Source of the DNA: an uncultured Gemmatimonadales bacterium
GTDB lineage: Bacteria; Gemmatimonadota; Gemmatimonadetes; Gemmatimonadales; JACORV01
DNA: 64,000 nucleotides
Assembly (NCBI GenBank): GCA_963835535.1
Contig: CAWIFL010000002.1
Span: forward strand, 582,405-646,404
Reading direction: 5' to 3'
The position numbers and the translations under genes are program-made. Positions 8,598 through 17,406 of this stretch are shown here, one piece after another. Within the stretch, counting starts at the first letter, position 1. Each line of letters starts with the position of its first letter. The notes below the pieces were generated by a model. That model was not told the origin of the DNA and ran no database searches. It saw only the letters and a program-made list of their open reading frames with translations.

Positions 8598-9503
8598 CTA
8601 GGAACCACTCGCGACGGTGTCAACCGGTTCGGACGCGTAGCCGTGCCTGGCGTCGGGCGCCACGAAGGCCCGCGCGACCTCCGGATCGTGCTCGAAGATC
8701 AGCTGCCAGTGCTCCTGGGCCGCCCGCGTGAGCAGCTGCTTCTTGCTCTGCAGCGTCACCAGGGGCTCCAGGTCGTAGCCCATGATCCAGGGCGCCGGCA
8801 GATGCGCCGTCGTGGGCACGAGGTCGCCCAGGAAGCAGGCCGCCTCGCCGCCGTCCGTCACCAGGATGGACTGGTGGTACGGCACGTGGCCCGGCGTCGG
8901 CAGGAGGTGGATGCCGGGGAGGATCCCCACCTCCCCGTTCACCAGGCGGAAGCGGCTCGCCTCCGCCACGGGCACGAAGTTGGGCGGGAGGTAGCTCGCG
9001 GCGGTGCGCTCGTTGGTGTGGGACGCGAAGCCCAGCTCTCCCTTCTGCACCACGTACGTCGCGTTCGGGAACGCGAGGACGGTCTGGTCGCCGGAGCGGG
9101 CGGTGTTCCCACCCGCGTGGTCGAAGTGCAGATGGGTGTTGATCACCCAGCTGACGGAGGCCGCCGCGTGGCCGGTCTCGTGCAGCGCGTCCTCCAGCTG
9201 GGTCGGGCCGGCCTGGCCGTCGTTCGCCACGCCGTAAATGTCCCGGAACTTCGCGCTCTCCTTGTTGCCCAGCCCGGTGTCCACGAGGACCAGGCCGTCC
9301 GGGTGCTCGATCAGGAGGCAGCGCAGGCCCAGGGGGATGCGGTTGCGCTCGTCGGGACGGATCCGCCGCTCCCAGAGCGGGCGCGGGACGACGCCGAACA
9401 TCGCGCCCCCGTCGAGCCACTGGCGGCCGCCCTCCAGCGTCCAGCAGGTGAAGCGGCCGACACTGAAGCGCGTGGCGAGCGGGCGGCTTGAGGCGGGCGT
9501 CAT
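8598..9503 (-). CDS. MBL-fold metallo-hydrolase
   Basis: ATG 9503 (MTPASSRPLATRF...) gives 301 aa with the HxHxDH motif (NTHLHFDHAGG) and downstream His/Asp ligands. ATGA overlap with the upstream gene stop. Confidence 0.85.
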   Translation of the reverse strand: MTPASSRPLATRFSVGRFTCWTLEGGRQWLDGGAMFGVVPRPLWERRIRPDERNRIPLGLRCLLIEHPDGLVLVDTGLGNKESAKFRDIYGVANDGQAGPTQLEDALHETGHAAASVSWVINTHLHFDHAGGNTARSGDQTVLAFPNATYVVQKGELGFASHTNERTAASYLPPNFVPVAEASRFRLVNGEVGILPGIHLLPTPGHVPYHQSILVTDGGEAACFLGDLVPTTAHLPAPWIMGYDLEPLVTLQSKKQLLTRAAQEHWQLIFEHDPEVARAFVAPDARHGYASEPVDTVASGS

Positions 9504-10279
9504 GGGGCGAGGAGCTTGAGGGTGTGCCACGTCTGGATGCCCCTTTCCTCGGCGCGCTTGAGGAGCCGCCGGAGCACTTCCGCGGTCACCAGGGCGTCGC
9601 CGGAGGCGCGGTGCCGCCGGTCGGTCTCGATGCCGAAGAAGAAGCGGACGGTGTCGAGGTCCCGGCGCTCCAGCTCCGGCACCAGCGCGCGCGACAGGCG
9701 CACCGTGCAGAGGCGCTGGACGCGCGGCGCGACGCCGCAGGCCCGCTCCACCTCGGCGCGCACGAACGCCCAGTCGAAGCGCACGTTGTGCGCCACGAAG
9801 ATGCGCCCGCTGAGGGCCGCGAGCACGCTGTCCGCCACGTCCTCGAAGCGCGGCGCGTTCCGGACCAGCGCGTCGTCGATCCCGGTGAGCATCGTGATCC
9901 GCGGCGGGATCGGCACGCCGGGGTTGAGCAGCGTCTCGAACGCCACCTCGGCGCGCGCGCCGTCTCCGGCCACGTGCACCACCGCGACCTCCGTCATCCG
10001 GTCGCCGTGCCGGGCGCTCATGCCGGTCGTCTCGACGTCCACGACGGCGAAGCGGAGATCCGAGAGCGGAGCCGAGCCGAGTCCCGGCTCGGCGACCGCG
10101 CCCCACCGCCCGTCCACGTCGAACGCGAAGCGCGGGTCGGCCCCGAGCAGGGCGAGCACGAGCCGCTCGGCCACCGTGCGCGAGGCCTGCGGGAGCCCCA
10201 GCACGTCATGGCAGATCTCCAGCGGCGGCCGCGGCCCGTCCTTCAGAAACGCCGAGGCGCGCTCGGCCAAGGTGGTCAC
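9500..10279 (-). CDS. DEDDh 3'-5' exonuclease (DNA polymerase III epsilon-like) with N-terminal extension
   Basis: GTG 10279 (VTTLAERASAFL...). Exo motifs VVDVETTG, FVAHNVRFD and HRASGDA. GTGA overlap with the arcA stop. Confidence 0.8.
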   Translation of the reverse strand: MTTLAERASAFLKDGPRPPLEICHDVLGLPQASRTVAERLVLALLGADPRFAFDVDGRWGAVAEPGLGSAPLSDLRFAVVDVETTGMSARHGDRMTEVAVVHVAGDGARAEVAFETLLNPGVPIPPRITMLTGIDDALVRNAPRFEDVADSVLAALSGRIFVAHNVRFDWAFVRAEVERACGVAPRVQRLCTVRLSRALVPELERRDLDTVRFFFGIETDRRHRASGDALVTAEVLRRLLKRAEERGIQTWHTLKLLAP

Positions 10280-11508
10280 GGGTCGTCCCGCCGCAGCGGC
10301 ATCGTCATGCAGCGCGGCCCGCCGCCGCCGCGCACCAGCTCGCTCCCCCGGATGGCGATCACCGCCTTCTCCCCGTCGGCCACGTCCTGCTCCCCCTTGA
10401 GCAGCTTCGCGGCCGGCACGATCCGGTAGCCGGCCTTCGCCATCTCGGCCAACGTCGCCTCGTTGCGTTCGTACGCGACCAGGACGCCGGGGCGCACCGA
10501 CAACACGTTGCAGGCCGAGCCCCACTGTTCCCGCTCCTGGTCGGCGCGGCGCGCGCCGCCGCAGAAGACCGGCTCCAGCGGCAGGTCCACCGCGGCCAGT
10601 GCCGCGAACAGGTTCGGCGTCTCGCGCATCCCCGCCTCGCCCTTGCGCCGGTGCAGCACCGCGAGCCGCTCCGGCCCCACGCAGTGCGGCGGATAGACGA
10701 GGCACCGCTCGCGGTCCATCTGGTTGAAGATCATGTCGAGGTGGATCGCCGTCGGCTCCTTCGGCAGGACGACGACGATCACGTCCCGCACGCCGCACCG
10801 CTCGAACAGCAGCTCGGTGAGATGGTCCAGCGCCGCGGGCGAGGAGCGCTCCGAGAAGCCGAGGACGACGAGGTCGGCGCGCAGCGGATGCACGTCCCCG
10901 CCCTCCAGCGTGTAGTTGAGCCGCTTCTCCTCGGAGCCGTCGTACAGGATGCCGGCGTTCTCGAACGCCGGATGGTGCCGGAACAGCGCCGAGATGAGCA
11001 GCTCCTCCGTCCAGCGCGCCCCATACCGCATCGAGCCCACGATGGCGTGGTCGCCGATCACCATCCCCGCGTCGCGCGTGAAGAAGAGGTTGGGGAGCGG
11101 CGGCAGCATGTACGCGGTCTCGTTCAGGGCCGCGGCGATCGGGCCCGCCTCCTCGAGCGCGCCGGCCACGAGCACGTCCAGCAGCTCGCCGACCGGCAGG
11201 CGGGCCAGCCGCTGGGCGAGCGCATCCGACGGCACGACGTCGAGGGTGCGGCCGACCAGTGCCTCGCGCACCTCGGCGCGCTTCAGGATCTCTTCCAGGA
11301 CCGTGCGCGTCTCGAGCACGTCGGCGAAGCGCCGCAGCACGGCGACGAGCTGGCGGTGCTCCTTCCGCGCCAGCTCCAGGTCGATCACGTCGTCGTAGAG
11401 GTAGTCCTCGCGCGTTCCCGGCGTCACGGCGAGCAGCTCGGCGCCGGGCGTGTGCAGGAGCACCGCGCGCAGCGGGCCGATCTCCGAGGCGACGTGGACC
11501 CGGCTCAG
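10276..11508 (-). CDS. arcA: arginine deiminase (start codon uncertain, probably CTG 11508)
   Basis: ADI pattern: VHVASEIGPLRAVLLHTPG, FFTRDAG, C-terminal GGGGPRCMTMPLRR with the catalytic Cys. There is no ATG/GTG/TTG between the conserved SEIGPL motif and far upstream inside rex. CTG at 11508 forms a CTGA overlap with the rex stop and gives 410 aa. Confidence 0.85.
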   Translation of the reverse strand: MSRVHVASEIGPLRAVLLHTPGAELLAVTPGTREDYLYDDVIDLELARKEHRQLVAVLRRFADVLETRTVLEEILKRAEVREALVGRTLDVVPSDALAQRLARLPVGELLDVLVAGALEEAGPIAAALNETAYMLPPLPNLFFTRDAGMVIGDHAIVGSMRYGARWTEELLISALFRHHPAFENAGILYDGSEEKRLNYTLEGGDVHPLRADLVVLGFSERSSPAALDHLTELLFERCGVRDVIVVVLPKEPTAIHLDMIFNQMDRERCLVYPPHCVGPERLAVLHRRKGEAGMRETPNLFAALAAVDLPLEPVFCGGARRADQEREQWGSACNVLSVRPGVLVAYERNEATLAEMAKAGYRIVPAAKLLKGEQDVADGEKAVIAIRGSELVRGGGGPRCMTMPLRRDDP

Positions 11509-12173
11509 GGCGACCCCCGGGTCAGCGCGTAGCTGAGGCCTTCGAGCTCCATCGCCATGTTCACGTCGGTGACCGCCACGTGGGGCGGCACCGTCAGGGC
11601 CACCGGCGCGAAGTTGAGCAGGGCCCGCACGCCTCCGCGCACCAGCCGGTCGGCGAGCACCTGCGCCGCGTCCGCGGGCGTGCCGATCACGGCGATGTCG
11701 GCCGGCTCCGCCGCCAGGTCGGCCTCGAGCGTGTCCACGCTCTTCACCGCGAGCCCGTCCACTTTGGTGCCGATGCGGGCCGGATCCGCGTCGTACACCG
11801 CCACGACGTCGAACCCGCGGGCGCGGAATCCCGGATAGGCCGCCAGCGCGGAGCCGATCCGCCCCGCCCCCAGCAGGATCACCCGGTAGTGCCGGACGAG
11901 GCCGAGGATCTCGCGCAGCCGCGCCGCGAGGTGCGCCACGCCGTAGCCCACGCCGCGGCGTCCGAACGAGCCGAAGAAGGAGAGGTCCTTGCGCACCTGC
12001 GCCGACGAGGCGCCGCCGCGCCGCGCCAGATCGGCGGAGGAAACCGTGGTCTGGCCCCGGCGCTCGCATTCGTCGAGGAACTGGAGGTACAGCGACATCC
12101 TCCGGACGGTCGAATCCGCAACGGCGCGCAGCGGTGGCACTCGTGTCCTTCCCGGATCGAGCGGGCGGCGCAT
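11505..12173 (-). CDS. rex: redox-sensing transcriptional repressor Rex
   Basis: 222 aa with an N-terminal winged helix (RRMSLYLQFLDE...VSSADLA...QVRKDLSFFGSFGRRGVGY) and a Rossmann fold (ILLGAGRIGSAL). Confidence 0.9.
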   Translation of the reverse strand: MRRPLDPGRTRVPPLRAVADSTVRRMSLYLQFLDECERRGQTTVSSADLARRGGASSAQVRKDLSFFGSFGRRGVGYGVAHLAARLREILGLVRHYRVILLGAGRIGSALAAYPGFRARGFDVVAVYDADPARIGTKVDGLAVKSVDTLEADLAAEPADIAVIGTPADAAQVLADRLVRGGVRALLNFAPVALTVPPHVAVTDVNMAMELEGLSYALTRGSP

Positions 12174-12218
12174 CGGAGGCGTCGTGCGCGGGTCGGCCCG
12201 CGTCCGGCGCGCCCTGTC

Positions 12219-12236
12219 TCGTGAATGGATTCACGA
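12219..12236. promoter_or_regulatory. candidate Rex operator (ROP-like palindrome)
   Basis: TCGTGAATGGATTCACGA has the GTGAA-N4-TTCAC core of Rex operators. It lies 46 nt upstream of the rex ATG and overlaps the rsmA stop codon. Confidence 0.6.
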
Positions 12237-13004
12237 AGCTAGACGAGGCCCCAGAGCGCGGGCAAGGGCCACCAGCTGCTCCGGCGGGAGCACCTCGACG
12301 CGCGCGCCGGGCGCCACGCCCACCTGGACCAGGAGGCGCTCCGCCTCCGGGCGCTCGATGCCGAAGGCCTCGTGCAGCGTGCGCGCGAGCTGCTGGCGCC
12401 GGCGCTGGAACGCCGCCCGGATCAGCCGCCGCACCCGCCGCTCCTCCTCGAGCGAGGCGACCAGCGGCGCCGCCCGCGGCGTGAGCCGGACCAGGGCGGA
12501 GTCCACCCGCGGCTTCGGCCGGAAGGCGCCGGCCTTCACCGTGAACAGCCGCTCCACGGTCGCGACCAGCTGAACGCCGGCCGTGAGCGCGCCCCAGGTC
12601 CGCCCGCCGGGCTCGGCGGCGAGCCGGTCTGCGACCTCACGCTGCACGAGGAAGACGATCCGGGCCGGACGCGGCGGCTGGAGGGCCCGCTCGATCAGCG
12701 GCGACGTGATCTGGTAGGGGATGTTGCCGCAGACGACGTCGGCGGCGGGCCACGGCACCTCGAGCGCGTCGCCGGCGACGATCCGCACGTTGCTTCCGCT
12801 CGACTCCGCCAGCGCCGCCGCGAGACGCCGGTCGGCCTCGATCGCGACGACCTGCGCCGCGCGGACCGCGAGCGCGCGGGTCAGCGTGCCCTTCCCCGGC
12901 CCGATCTCCAGCACGGTCTCGTCCGGCCCGCCGACCGCGGCATCGGCGATCCGGTCGAGGATCGAGGGATCGAAGAGGAAGTGCTGGCCGAGGCGCGCGC
13001 CCAC
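12231..13004 (-). CDS. rsmA: 16S rRNA (adenine1518/1519-N6)-dimethyltransferase
   Basis: 257 aa: GQHFLFD, LEIGPGKGTLT, GNIPYQITSP. Confidence 0.93.
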   Translation of the reverse strand: MGARLGQHFLFDPSILDRIADAAVGGPDETVLEIGPGKGTLTRALAVRAAQVVAIEADRRLAAALAESSGSNVRIVAGDALEVPWPAADVVCGNIPYQITSPLIERALQPPRPARIVFLVQREVADRLAAEPGGRTWGALTAGVQLVATVERLFTVKAGAFRPKPRVDSALVRLTPRAAPLVASLEEERRVRRLIRAAFQRRRQQLARTLHEAFGIERPEAERLLVQVGVAPGARVEVLPPEQLVALARALGPRLAS

Positions 13005-13005
13005 G

Positions 13006-14604
13006 TCAGCGGCGCAGCAGGACCAGCGTCCGGTCGTCCGTCGCCACGTGACCGGAGAAATCCTCGACGTCGTGGAAGACGGCGTCCACGATCTCCGGCG
13101 CGGGCCGCGCGGCGTGGGCGCGCACCAGGTCGAGAAGCCGTTCCTCGCCGTAGGCTGCGCCGGCGGCGTTGCACGACTCGGTGAGCCCGTCGGTGAAGAG
13201 GCAGAGCAGGTCCGCGTCGCGGCGCCACGCGACCTCGGCCCCGCCGATCTCCCGGTCGCGCGCGAGGCCGAACGGGGGCGCCGTCGCCCGGAGCCGGCGC
13301 GGCACGCCGTCGCCGCCCGGGACCAGGAAAGCCTGCGGGTGGCCGGCGTTCGCGTAGCGCAGCACCCCGTGCTCGGCGTCCACGACGCCGTAGAAGAGCG
13401 ACACGAACATCTCGGTGCGCTCCAGCTCGTCGCCCAGGAGCTGGAGCAGGCGGTTGAGCGCCTCCTGCGGCGTCGCCGCCGACTGCGCGAGCACGTTCGC
13501 CGCCGAGATCGTGTTCGCCATCAGCAGCGCCGCGCCCAGGCCGTGGCTCGAGACGTCGCCGATCATCATCCCGACCGCGCCGCCCGCGAGCGGGATGACG
13601 TCGAAGAAGTCCCCGCCGATGGACTCCGCGCTCTGGCAGCGGGCGCCCACGTTGCCGACGCCCGCCAGCAGCGGCGCGCTCGGCAGGAGGGCGAGCTGGA
13701 GGTTCTGCGCCGCGGCCAGCTCGGTGGACATCCGCTCGCGGTGCTTCTCTTCCGCGGCCAGCCGCGAGTTCTCGATCGCCGCGCCCACCTGGTTGGCGAT
13801 GGCCATCACCAGCTTCTTGTTGCCGGCCGAGAACGCGTCCTCGCCGAGGCGGTCGGTGAGGTTGATCACGCCGACCGGCCGGGCCGCGCCGTTCTCGCTC
13901 GCGTACATGATGGGCACGGACAGGAACGACTGGCCGTGGTAGTCGCGCCCCGTGGGGCACCCGGGATTCGGCGCGGGATCGCTGGGGTCGTACGTGATCG
14001 CCTCGCGGGCGCGGAAGACCTGGGCGGCGATGCTGCACTCGTCGTCCACCCGCACCGCCTGGAGCTGCGCGACGTCGAAGCCGCGGCCGGCGACGATCCG
14101 GAGCACGCCGGCCTCCTCGTCGTACACCATGATCGAGGCGCGGCGCGCCCCCACCACGTCCGAGACCTCGCGCACGATCCGGTGGGCCGCCTCCTCGAGC
14201 GCCACCGTCCGCCCGAGGATCTCGCTGATGGTGTAGAGGAGGTCGATCTCCTCGTAGCGCGCCGCCAGCTCCGCCGCGACCTGCCCCGCCTCGCGCTCGG
14301 CGGCGAGCGCCTCCGCGACGATCTTCGCGGCCGCCTGCGCCCGCTGCGGGCGCGTCTTCTCCCTGGAGCCGTCGGGGCCGAGCTGGACCCAGGTGCCGGG
14401 GACGCCGGGCACGGGCTCGAGCCACGCCGATCCCTTCCGCGCCTGGATCGCGTGCCCCACGGTGCCTTCGAGCTGCGGCCACCACGCCCCGTGCTCGCCC
14501 GAGAGCGCGATCGCGCGCTGGCGACCCGCCTCCTGACGCCACAGGCGGACGTCTCCCCCGGTCAGCTCCTGGAGTGCGGCGAGAAGAGTGTCGAGACGGC
14601 TCAG
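13006..14604 (-). CDS. GAF-domain PP2C/SpoIIE-family serine phosphatase (RsbU-like); start uncertain
   Basis: C-terminal PPM domain (GGDFFDV, MMIGDVSSHG, LFTDGLTE, ATDDRTLVLL), preceded by a GAF-like region. The upstream part of ORF 13006..15024 overlaps rsbW in another frame. Candidate starts are CTG 14604 (CTGA overlap with the kinase stop) or GTG 14460. Confidence 0.8.
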   Translation of the reverse strand: MSRLDTLLAALQELTGGDVRLWRQEAGRQRAIALSGEHGAWWPQLEGTVGHAIQARKGSAWLEPVPGVPGTWVQLGPDGSREKTRPQRAQAAAKIVAEALAAEREAGQVAAELAARYEEIDLLYTISEILGRTVALEEAAHRIVREVSDVVGARRASIMVYDEEAGVLRIVAGRGFDVAQLQAVRVDDECSIAAQVFRAREAITYDPSDPAPNPGCPTGRDYHGQSFLSVPIMYASENGAARPVGVINLTDRLGEDAFSAGNKKLVMAIANQVGAAIENSRLAAEEKHRERMSTELAAAQNLQLALLPSAPLLAGVGNVGARCQSAESIGGDFFDVIPLAGGAVGMMIGDVSSHGLGAALLMANTISAANVLAQSAATPQEALNRLLQLLGDELERTEMFVSLFYGVVDAEHGVLRYANAGHPQAFLVPGGDGVPRRLRATAPPFGLARDREIGGAEVAWRRDADLLCLFTDGLTESCNAAGAAYGEERLLDLVRAHAARPAPEIVDAVFHDVEDFSGHVATDDRTLVLLRR

Positions 14605-15062
14605 GTGCGCCGGAGGATCATGCAGATGGAGTTCCCCGCCTCGTTGAAGCGCACTTCGTCGACGAGCTGGCGGATCAGGAAGAGCCCCCGGCCGTACGGC
14701 CGCATCAGGTTCCCACGGAGCGTCGGGTCGGGCACGTGCCGGAAGTCGAAGCCGCACCCCTCGTCGGTCACTTCCATCTCCACCGCGTTCCGGCCGAACA
14801 GGACGCGGATGCCCACTCCTTTGGCGCGGTCCTCGCAGTTGCCGTAGAGGATCGCGTTGGCCACGGCCTCGGCGAGGGCGACGCGCAGGTTGAAGCGGAT
14901 GGTGTGGCGGTCCACGAACGCGGCCTCGAGATGCCGCGTCACCACCTCGACGGCCTCGTCCACGAGGTTCACGTCGCTGGGCAGGCGGACCCGCAACTCG
15001 GCATCGAGGCCGCCCTCGGCGCACTCCCGGCGCGCGAACTCGGCGAACAGCGGAGCGCTCAT
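14601..15062 (-). CDS. anti-sigma-factor-type serine kinase (RsbW/SpoIIAB family, HATPase_c)
   Basis: 153 aa with an N-box-like EAVANAILYG and G-boxes DEGCGF and GRGLFLIRQL. Confidence 0.85.
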   Translation of the reverse strand: MSAPLFAEFARRECAEGGLDAELRVRLPSDVNLVDEAVEVVTRHLEAAFVDRHTIRFNLRVALAEAVANAILYGNCEDRAKGVGIRVLFGRNAVEMEVTDEGCGFDFRHVPDPTLRGNLMRPYGRGLFLIRQLVDEVRFNEAGNSICMILRRT

Positions 15063-15069
15063 CGGCAGC

Positions 15070-15405
15070 TCAGAACGCGGCGAGCGCCTCCGTCGCCGTA
15101 TCGGTGATCGCGAAGAGCGTGTCCAGCTTCGTCAGCTCGAACAGCGTCTTGAGGTCGTCGTTGAGGCCGGCCAGGCGCAGGTCGCCTCCCTCGTCCCGGA
15201 TCTTCTTCGAGAGCGAGACCAGGACGCCCAGGCCCGAGGAATCGATGTAGCCGGTCTTGCTGAAGTCGATGAGGAACTTCTTGTCCCCCGCCTCGAGGGC
15301 GTCGAGCACCTTCTGCTTCAGCTCCTGCCGGTTGCCGACGATCAGCTGGCCGTCCACTTCGACGACCACGACGCCGCCGGGGTGCTTCCGCGCATTGAAC
15401 GCCAT
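15070..15405 (-). CDS. STAS-domain anti-sigma-factor antagonist (RsbV/SpoIIAA family)
   Basis: ATG 15405 (MAFNARKHPGG...) gives 111 aa with the conserved GYIDSSGLGVLV phospho-serine region. GGAGGA lies upstream of the ATG. Confidence 0.85.
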   Translation of the reverse strand: MAFNARKHPGGVVVVEVDGQLIVGNRQELKQKVLDALEAGDKKFLIDFSKTGYIDSSGLGVLVSLSKKIRDEGGDLRLAGLNDDLKTLFELTKLDTLFAITDTATEALAAF

Positions 15406-15439
15406 CAATCCTCCGAAGGAATCGCTCTCAAGCGCCCGC

Positions 15440-16414
15440 TCAAGCCGCCTGCGATTGGAGCAGCGCGATGGCGGACACCAGCACGATGTCGTCCGCCGTG
15501 GCGCCGCGCGAGAGGTCCGAGCAGGGCCGCCGGAGACCCTGGACCACGGGCCCCAACGCCGGAACCTGCGCGATCCGCTGTACCAGTTTGTACGCAATGT
15601 TCCCGCTGTCAAGGTCCGGGAATATCAAGATGTTAGCCCGTCCCGCCGCCGGGCTGTCGGGGGCCTTCCGGCGGGCCACGGAGGCCAGCAGCGCGGCGTC
15701 CCCCTGGAGGTCGCCGTCGGCCGGAATGCCGGGCTCGAGCGTCCGGAATAGCTCGACCGCCCGCTTCACCTTGACCACGCTCTCGCCCTCGGCGCTCCCG
15801 AGCGTCGAATGCGAGAGGAACGCCACGACCGGCTCGTCGCCGACGACCAGCCGGCGGTCGCGCGCGGCCGCGACCGCGATGTCGGCAAGCTGCTCGGCGG
15901 TGGGATACTGGACCACGCCGCAGTCGGCGAAGGTCAGGACGCCCGACGTGCGGGTGACCATGTAGAAGCAGCTCGACACGGTCTTGATGCCGGGCGCCGG
16001 CCCCACCGCCCAGAGCGCCGCGCGCAGCACGTCGGCCGTCGCGTGGACCGCGCCGCCCACGGTCGCGTCCGCTTCGCCGAGCGCGACCAGGCCGGCCGCG
16101 AAGCGGAGCGGATCGGCGGCGAGCGCCAGCGCCGCCACCCGGTCGGGAACGGCCTGCGGCTTCCGGCTCGTCAGGAGATCGGCGACGGCCTTGAGACTGG
16201 GGTCGGATCCGGGGATGCGGACCGAGACGCCGGGCGCCTCGCGCGCCGCCCAGGACGCCGTCGAGCCGGTCCCGATCAGGGTGACCTCGGCCACGTGCCC
16301 CGCGACCAGGGAGATCGCGGCCTCGCGCACCCGCTCGTCGTCGCCTTCGGAGAGCAGCAGGCGGGCTCGCGCGCGGCGCGCGCGATCGAGGAGGGACTCG
16401 ACGAAGCCGCTCAA
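15440..16414 (-). CDS. pta: phosphate acetyltransferase (PTA_PTB family, short form)
   Basis: C-terminal 324 aa of ORF 15440..17872 (SHSTLGSAEG, IFPDLDSGNIAYKLVQ). TTG 16414 forms a TTGA overlap with the coaD stop. Confidence 0.85.
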   Translation of the reverse strand: MSGFVESLLDRARRARARLLLSEGDDERVREAAISLVAGHVAEVTLIGTGSTASWAAREAPGVSVRIPGSDPSLKAVADLLTSRKPQAVPDRVAALALAADPLRFAAGLVALGEADATVGGAVHATADVLRAALWAVGPAPGIKTVSSCFYMVTRTSGVLTFADCGVVQYPTAEQLADIAVAAARDRRLVVGDEPVVAFLSHSTLGSAEGESVVKVKRAVELFRTLEPGIPADGDLQGDAALLASVARRKAPDSPAAGRANILIFPDLDSGNIAYKLVQRIAQVPALGPVVQGLRRPCSDLSRGATADDIVLVSAIALLQSQAA

Positions 16415-16896
16415 CGCCGCTTCGTCTTGGCGGCCAGGGCCTTGGAGACCGCGGGGTGGACCAGGTCCTTCACGTCGCCCCCGAACCGCGCGACCTCGCG
16501 CACCAGGGAGCTGGAGAGATAGGTGAGGTCGAACGCGGGCACGAGGAAGAGCGTCTCGATCTCCGGGGCCAGCTTCCGGTTCATCAGCGCCATCTGGTAC
16601 TCGTACTCGAAGTCGCTGACGTAGCGCAGCCCGCGGACGATCACCTTCGCGCCGACGGTGCGGGCGAAGTCCACCAGCAGGCCGTCGAACGACCGCACCT
16701 CGAACCGGGCATCGCGACCCAGGACCTGGGCGACCAGGTCGCACCGCTCCTCGAGGGTGAACAGCGGCTGCTTGGACACCTGAGTGGCCACGGCCACCAC
16801 GACGCGGTCGGCGAAGACCAGGCTGCGGCGGATGAGGTCTTCGTGCCCATGGGTGATGGGATCGAACGAGCCGGGATAGACGGCGAGCCGCGTCAT
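16411..16896 (-). CDS. coaD: phosphopantetheine adenylyltransferase
   Basis: ATG 16896 (MTRLAVYPGSFDPITHGHEDLI...) gives 161 aa. ATGA overlap with the rsmD stop. Confidence 0.93.
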   Translation of the reverse strand: MTRLAVYPGSFDPITHGHEDLIRRSLVFADRVVVAVATQVSKQPLFTLEERCDLVAQVLGRDARFEVRSFDGLLVDFARTVGAKVIVRGLRYVSDFEYEYQMALMNRKLAPEIETLFLVPAFDLTYLSSSLVREVARFGGDVKDLVHPAVSKALAAKTKRR

Positions 16897-17405
16897 GGAG
16901 CCTCGAGAAAAGTGAGGACGGTCCTGCCGTAGTGGCGGTGATCGCCCGGGCCGACGTCTTCGTGCCGGTCGTGCTCGACGCCCAGAATGCGTGCGAACGG
17001 CCGCTCGCGGAAGAGGGCGGCGATCCGCGAGGCGTGATTCGTGGTGTACGGCGGGTCGGCGAAGGCGACGTCGAAGGCGAGCGGCTCCAGCTTGGCGGCG
17101 TAGCGCAGGGCGTCGGCGCGGTGGACCCGCGTCCCCGCGGCGCCCAGCGCGGCGATGTTGCGGTGCAGCGCGGCGAGGCTGGCGGGCGAGAGCTCGACGA
17201 AGTCGCACGCGCTGGCGCCGCGCGACAGCGCCTCGAGCCCCATCGCGCCGGAGCCGGCGAACAGGTCCAGGGCGCGTGCGCCCACGAGGTGGTCGGCGAC
17301 GATGGACATCCACGCCTCCCGCACCCGGTCGGTGGTGGGGCGCGCCCGCTCGTCGGGGGGCGGCTCGATCCGCCGGCTCCGCCACTGCCCTCCCACGATC
17401 CGCAC
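16893..17405 (-). CDS. rsmD: 16S rRNA (guanine966-N2)-methyltransferase
   Basis: 170 aa: RPTTDRVREA, DLFAGSGAMGLEALSRGA, FADPPY. Confidence 0.88.
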   Translation of the reverse strand: MRIVGGQWRSRRIEPPPDERARPTTDRVREAWMSIVADHLVGARALDLFAGSGAMGLEALSRGASACDFVELSPASLAALHRNIAALGAAGTRVHRADALRYAAKLEPLAFDVAFADPPYTTNHASRIAALFRERPFARILGVEHDRHEDVGPGDHRHYGRTVLTFLEAP

Positions 17406-17406
17406 C

